Assembly: GCA_048882385.1 (NCBI GenBank)
Contig: JBHLRQ010000052.1
Coordinates: 1 to 21,074, forward strand
Direction: 5' to 3'
From: Candidatus Thorarchaeota archaeon
GTDB taxonomy: Archaea > Asgardarchaeota > Thorarchaeia > Thorarchaeales > Thorarchaeaceae
Length of the DNA: 21,074 nucleotides
A model generated the notes under the pieces. The model was not told where the DNA came from and did no database searches. It saw only the letters and a list, made by a program, of their open reading frames with translations. The translations under genes were made by a program, and so were the position numbers. Each line of letters opens with the position of its first letter. Within the stretch, counting starts at the first letter, position 1. Of the stretch, positions 17,103 to 21,074 are shown piece by piece.

Positions 17103-17957
17103 TCATTTCAAGTGCTGGTTCTTAGAAGCACGAACGAAGATTTCCTCGCCCGGACTTGCCTCTGAAAAGTCCCCTATGTACTTGATCCATTTCTCTGAAA
17201 TATGGACACTCTCTGATAGAAAGTCTGGTCTGCGGTCCTTAAGGTATCTAAGATAGTAGTTGATGAATTCTCGTTCAGAACTGCCACTGAACTTGTAGGT
17301 CGGAAACATTGATTCAAGTTTTCCAAGACAGAAGATCATGCCTTTGGTGGCTTGCACACCCACACGCTCTGCCATGTCGCCTACAACAATAACAGTTCCG
17401 CCCATCATGCGAATAGCCGATTGTGGTCCCACGTCACCCTTGACGGCAAGGAAGCCTTTTCGCATATGTGAAGCCATCTCGCGTCCTACGTTACCAGCTA
17501 CATAGACGCGTCCACCTTTCATACCATCTGTACTGCCACGATAGCCTGAGCAAAGATAGTCCCCCGCATCACCCTCGATCTGGATGTTTCCGCCTTCCAT
17601 CTCTACTGCAGCCCAATCACCAACTGACCCTTTCACATGGATACGTCCAGCAATCATCTCTGCTCCGAGATACATTCCAGTGTCCCCTTCAACAATGATT
17701 CTTCCTCCGTTCATCTCCTTCCCAATCATCTTGACCTTCTTGAGATCGCCCTTGACAATGATTTCGGTTTCATCAGGTGTTGGGCCACTCTCTCCACTGA
17801 TATCAAAGAAATCCTTGAGTTGAACGATCTGATTGCCTTGATGAAGGGGCAATTCCCCAATCTTCTTGACAGTTTTTCCTGCAAAATGGGTAGGAGTAAT
17901 AGAATCCGCTTCTAGAGGTAATTCAGGTGTTTTCCTAAGTGACAAGGTCACTGTCAT
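17103..17957 (-). CDS. fwdC: Formylmethanofuran dehydrogenase subunit C (GXGXG beta-helix)
   Basis: 'PLEADSITP' and repeated 'G..M.GG.I.V.G' units, 'YRGSTDGMKGG', 'PTYKF', 'GD'. GGAGGA SD favours ATG 17957 (track start 17999). Confidence 0.92.
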   Translation of the reverse strand: MTVTLSLRKTPELPLEADSITPTHFAGKTVKKIGELPLHQGNQIVQLKDFFDISGESGPTPDETEIIVKGDLKKVKMIGKEMNGGRIIVEGDTGMYLGAEMIAGRIHVKGSVGDWAAVEMEGGNIQIEGDAGDYLCSGYRGSTDGMKGGRVYVAGNVGREMASHMRKGFLAVKGDVGPQSAIRMMGGTVIVVGDMAERVGVQATKGMIFCLGKLESMFPTYKFSGSSEREFINYYLRYLKDRRPDFLSESVHISEKWIKYIGDFSEASPGEEIFVRASKNQHLK

Positions 17958-18083
17958 GAGTCCATCCTCCGTGTTTTTTTGGAACGTAATCCCCGTCATA
18001 AATCCTTTTGCAGTTCACAAACGTGTGTAGGAAAAAAGAAAAGGGCGGTACAGCTTCGGAATTTCACCAGTGGGTGCGTTCTC

Positions 18084-18980
18084 ATGGAGATAAATGGAGT
18101 ACCAATAGAAGACACGTTTGCTGAAGCTTTTAGTATGCACATGAATCGAACAATAATCACAGCCTATAGTGAAGAATGGGCACGAATCACAGCTCTCGAA
18201 GCCACCGGTTTTGGTACATCAGTAATTATGGCTCCAGCAGAGGCTGGAATTGAGTACATTATGTCCCCTGATGAAACTCCTGATGGACGTCCGGGAGTTC
18301 GTGTGGTCTTTGCTGTTGGGTCTAAGAAAAAGCTTGAACCACAGCTCTTAGCCCGTCTTGGACAGTGTGTGTTGACAAGCCCGACTGCATCCGCATTTGA
18401 CGATACTCCGAAAGCCAAGGACCTATACGAGATAGGAAAGAAGGTTGCTATGTTTGGTGATGGTTTTCAGACCAAAAAAGGTCCCATTGATGGAAGAGTC
18501 CTGTGGCTAATCCCAAGGATGAGTGGGACCTGTGTTATGCAGAATATGTTTGGTCGGGTGAAGGGAGTTGCAGGTGGAAACATCATCTACTGCTGTGAAG
18601 ACGTCGAGAGCGGCATGAACAGTGGTATGGCAGCTGTGAAGGCAATCGAAAAAGTGGAAGGTGCATACACCCCATTCCCTGGAGGTCTTGTGGGTTCAGG
18701 GTCAAAACCATCATCAAAGTACAAGGTCTTGTTTGCTTCAACAAATGAGAAGTTCTGTCCCTCATTGAGAGCTCTTGTTCCAAACACTCTTGTTCCAAAA
18801 GGCAGTGAGTTCGTTCAGGAGATTGTTATTAATGGCCTGACAGAGGCATCTGTTGCTCAAGGGATGAAAGTGGCCATTGAGGAAGTCTGCAAACATCCTG
18901 GTATTACTAAGATGACTGCAGGCAACTATGGAGGAAAGCTTGGAGAGTATCAGATCAAACTGCATGACCTGTTTGCATAG
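18084..18980 (+). CDS. ftr: Formylmethanofuran:tetrahydromethanopterin N-formyltransferase
   Basis: 'MEINGVPIEDTFAEAF', 'ATGFGTSVIM.PAEAGIE', 'TPDGRPG', 'FGDGF', 'PFPGGLVGSGSK', 'EIVING', 'AGNYGGKLG'. True start ATG 18084 (the track start 17979 overlaps the fwdC 5' region). Confidence 0.96.
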   Translation: MEINGVPIEDTFAEAFSMHMNRTIITAYSEEWARITALEATGFGTSVIMAPAEAGIEYIMSPDETPDGRPGVRVVFAVGSKKKLEPQLLARLGQCVLTSPTASAFDDTPKAKDLYEIGKKVAMFGDGFQTKKGPIDGRVLWLIPRMSGTCVMQNMFGRVKGVAGGNIIYCCEDVESGMNSGMAAVKAIEKVEGAYTPFPGGLVGSGSKPSSKYKVLFASTNEKFCPSLRALVPNTLVPKGSEFVQEIVINGLTEASVAQGMKVAIEEVCKHPGITKMTAGNYGGKLGEYQIKLHDLFA

Positions 18981-19832
18981 TCAAGTCTTCTTTGTTCCAT
19001 TTGTTGTAATTCTGCCCACCTCAATAGGGGTTTCTGAGAAAATCATAGGCTCATTTGGAGAGTATGATGGCTCTTGATTCACCAGTCGCATAATCATCTC
19101 ATCTCCTTTCTCGAAATCTCCTCGGAATTGAATCTCCAAGATGGGGCTATAGAGCAATAGTGGAAGGAAAATTGCTATCATAACATATCTCAATGGCCAC
19201 AGATTATATCCTCCAACTCCAAAGACCAATTCGTTGAGCTTGAATGCCACCTCGATGAAACCCCAACAAAAGCCGAAGAAGATACTTAATTGTCTTAGAA
19301 TTTTCAATCTGTTGAATTTCTTGAAAATCTGATTCATCCATTCGTCATATTGATGATCTCCAAGAGGATATTGCATAATCCCCCGTTTCCTTACGGTAAT
19401 AACAGCAAGTTTTCCGAGAAACTCTTTGTTTTCTCTCTCAATAATGACAAGTGTACGGAACCGTTTCCTGAAGAAACCCCCGACTGTCATAATTGAGAAT
19501 GCAAACATCACTACCGCCCAAACAATGGTGACTGCTATCATTATTGCTGCAATTATAATGAGACAGACGATTGCCCCCTCGCCACAGTCTCCGCTCCCGC
19601 CACAACCTGAACAGTCTCCACCACCACCGCTCAATGCATTAGACGAATAGATCTCTGGAGTCACTGAAACACGGCCAGTCTCTTTGGAGTATACAGCATT
19701 CTTTCCCGGATTTACTCCTGTTATACTCTCTATTTCTTTCTTGATTGTGGTACCTGATAGGCCATATACACGAATTCCAGAGGATCTTTTAGAATCCTGA
19801 TTCCCTGCGTAGTCAAATTCCAAACGCTCCAA
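18981..19832 (-). CDS. Hypothetical membrane protein with a Gly/Cys-rich motif before the first hydrophobic segment
   Basis: 283-aa ORF. 'GGGGDCSGCGGSGDCGEG' is followed by a roughly 33-aa hydrophobic stretch and two further TMs. Its stop abuts the ftr stop with no gap. Confidence 0.65.
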   Translation of the reverse strand: MERLEFDYAGNQDSKRSSGIRVYGLSGTTIKKEIESITGVNPGKNAVYSKETGRVSVTPEIYSSNALSGGGGDCSGCGGSGDCGEGAIVCLIIIAAIMIAVTIVWAVVMFAFSIMTVGGFFRKRFRTLVIIERENKEFLGKLAVITVRKRGIMQYPLGDHQYDEWMNQIFKKFNRLKILRQLSIFFGFCWGFIEVAFKLNELVFGVGGYNLWPLRYVMIAIFLPLLLYSPILEIQFRGDFEKGDEMIMRLVNQEPSYSPNEPMIFSETPIEVGRITTNGTKKT

Positions 19833-19893
19833 CCTCCATACATTTTAGATACCCAAGAGATTATCACTTCTTCGATATTGAAATGCAAGTGAT

Positions 19894-20844
19894 TTACCGT
19901 AATGTTACAAGATTACTTTTTGCAGCTTTTATCGTATCTTGAGACCACTGACCGAATGTCTGAGATGCTAGTGCCAAGTGTCCAATTTCATGTGCTTCAA
20001 GTCCCAACTGTGTAGTTATTGTTGCATCAAGTTCAACGACATCATTTGACCCCCAGACTAGTCCCAAATCCCGACACATGGTTGACTTTCCAAGAAAATC
20101 CCTCGAACCAGAAGTTGTGAAGACTCCCTCGACAATGCCTCGAACACTAAAGAGTGACTGGTTGATTTTATTGATGTCCATTATACTGTCATTGAGTTTT
20201 GAGTCATTGACGCCATGAAACTTTCCCCTATAGGGCGTAGCAATCATTCCAAACTGATTCTTGATTGATAGACTTACACCAATGGCTCCATAACTTATCT
20301 TTGGTTTAGCCAGACTGAGTAGAGTTCCTCCTCTCATATCGTAAAGTCTTGTGGGTATCATTGAATACAATATGTCACTGACCAAAGGTTCGAAACGCGA
20401 ATCTACAATCTCTCTAATCTGTTTTGGTTCACAGACCCTCTTTGACCATAGTTCCTCTGAGAGGTTTAGATACTCCACATCATGCTTACTCAGTATTTCA
20501 CGAATTCCTGTCAGTTCTAAGAACCATCTGTCGTTCTCCCTTAGATCTCCCTTTTTTTGTGCTGTCAGTTTCTTTTCAAGTGCATCATCAAACGGTCCAT
20601 CATGTTCCTTTAAGATTGGACTTCGATAAAACGCATAGCTTTCAACTATCACTGTTTCACAATTAAGGGCTGATAAGGTCCAGTCAAGTATTGTGGCTTC
20701 CGTGAAGATGGTTGATGTGGACCAATTAGGTTTGATTATTACTGGTGGCGTGAGGTCAAGCCGTGAAATAATCTCCATGAACTGTTCTTTGGTCCCGTTC
20801 TTACAGAACATAATCTGACCGAATACTTCAATCTCTCTGGACAT
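19894..20844 (-). CDS. DUF362 family protein
   Basis: 'VIIKPN', 'VIVES', 'LSLAKPK...VSLSIKNQFG', 'FHG', 'DVVELDA...LG' follow the DUF362 pattern. Confidence 0.75.
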   Translation of the reverse strand: MSREIEVFGQIMFCKNGTKEQFMEIISRLDLTPPVIIKPNWSTSTIFTEATILDWTLSALNCETVIVESYAFYRSPILKEHDGPFDDALEKKLTAQKKGDLRENDRWFLELTGIREILSKHDVEYLNLSEELWSKRVCEPKQIREIVDSRFEPLVSDILYSMIPTRLYDMRGGTLLSLAKPKISYGAIGVSLSIKNQFGMIATPYRGKFHGVNDSKLNDSIMDINKINQSLFSVRGIVEGVFTTSGSRDFLGKSTMCRDLGLVWGSNDVVELDATITTQLGLEAHEIGHLALASQTFGQWSQDTIKAAKSNLVTLR

Positions 20845-20966
20845 ATTGTCAGTCCTGAAGAGTATCCTATTGGACGTTACGATTCTTTCTCTAGAACCTT
20901 GTAGAAATCTTTATCACCAATCTTCATGCGGAATGCGAAGTGACAGCCTTTGGCTGTTGCAAATAT

Positions 20967-21074
20967 GCCCCAGTAGCTTAGACCGGTTAGATCGCTTCCT
21001 TGGTAAGGAAGAGGCCGCGGGTTCAAAAATTTCGGGGATCTCCCGAGGTTGAACAAATCCCGCCTGGGGCTCCA
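20967..21074 (+). tRNA. tRNA-Thr(GGU), intron-containing, CCA encoded
   Basis: Acceptor stem GCCCCAG/CTGGGGC. Anticodon arm CTTCC-TTGGTAA-GGAAG with GGT at 21002-21004. T-arm GCGGG-TTCAA^AT-CCCGC after removing the intron. Discriminator U73 then CCA. Confidence 0.95.
21027..21056 (+). other. 30-nt tRNA intron at non-canonical position 58/59 with bulge-helix-bulge motif
   Basis: Central helix GTTC/GAAC with two 3-nt AAA bulges and intron helix AATTTCGGG/CCCGAGGTT. Cutting after the second base of each bulge restores a canonical TTCAAAT T-loop. Confidence 0.9.

Noticed and set aside
17340-17760. Periodic sequence within fwdC considered as a DNA repeat
   Set aside because: Explained by the GXGXG beta-helix protein repeats.
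20846-21052. 68-aa ORF on the plus strand
   Set aside because: It overlaps the tRNA-Thr gene and its promoter and has no protein-like features.
1-21074. CRISPR array, IS element, integrase, rRNA or selenoprotein read-through
   Set aside because: No regularly spaced repeats, transposase or integrase motifs, or rRNA-like segments were seen. The recognisable TGA-terminated genes appear full length for their families.

Overview
Gene-dense archaeal chromosomal segment. An Asgard archaeon, most likely Thorarchaeia, is inferred from the combination of archaeal r-proteins, FtsZ2, an SmAP3-type Lsm, a Urm1-like HGG ubiquitin-fold protein and H4MPT C1 enzymes; Bathyarchaeia cannot be excluded. Gene order: SPOUT methyltransferase; a HypD-like glycyl radical enzyme and two unknown membrane proteins sitting between the SPOUT gene and its usual neighbour rpl3; rpl3-rpl4-rpl23-rpl2 closed by a terminator; cdrS-ftsZ2; Lsm; CPBP protease plus a 7-TM protein; 2-oxoacid:ferredoxin oxidoreductase beta and gamma only; Urm1/SAMP; MFS transporter; mch and fwdC divergent from ftr; a Gly/Cys-motif membrane protein; a DUF362 protein; and tRNA-Thr(GGU) with a 30-nt BHB intron in the T-loop (58/59), whose CCA is the last three bases of the window. 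The best novelty candidate is the glycyl radical enzyme. It keeps the radical Gly, the Cys and most HypD substrate residues, but the catalytic CxE glutamate is replaced by Thr (SGCVT), and no activase gene is in the window. No CRISPR array, transposase or rRNA was seen. All family assignments come from motif recognition and remembered reference sequences, not database searches.
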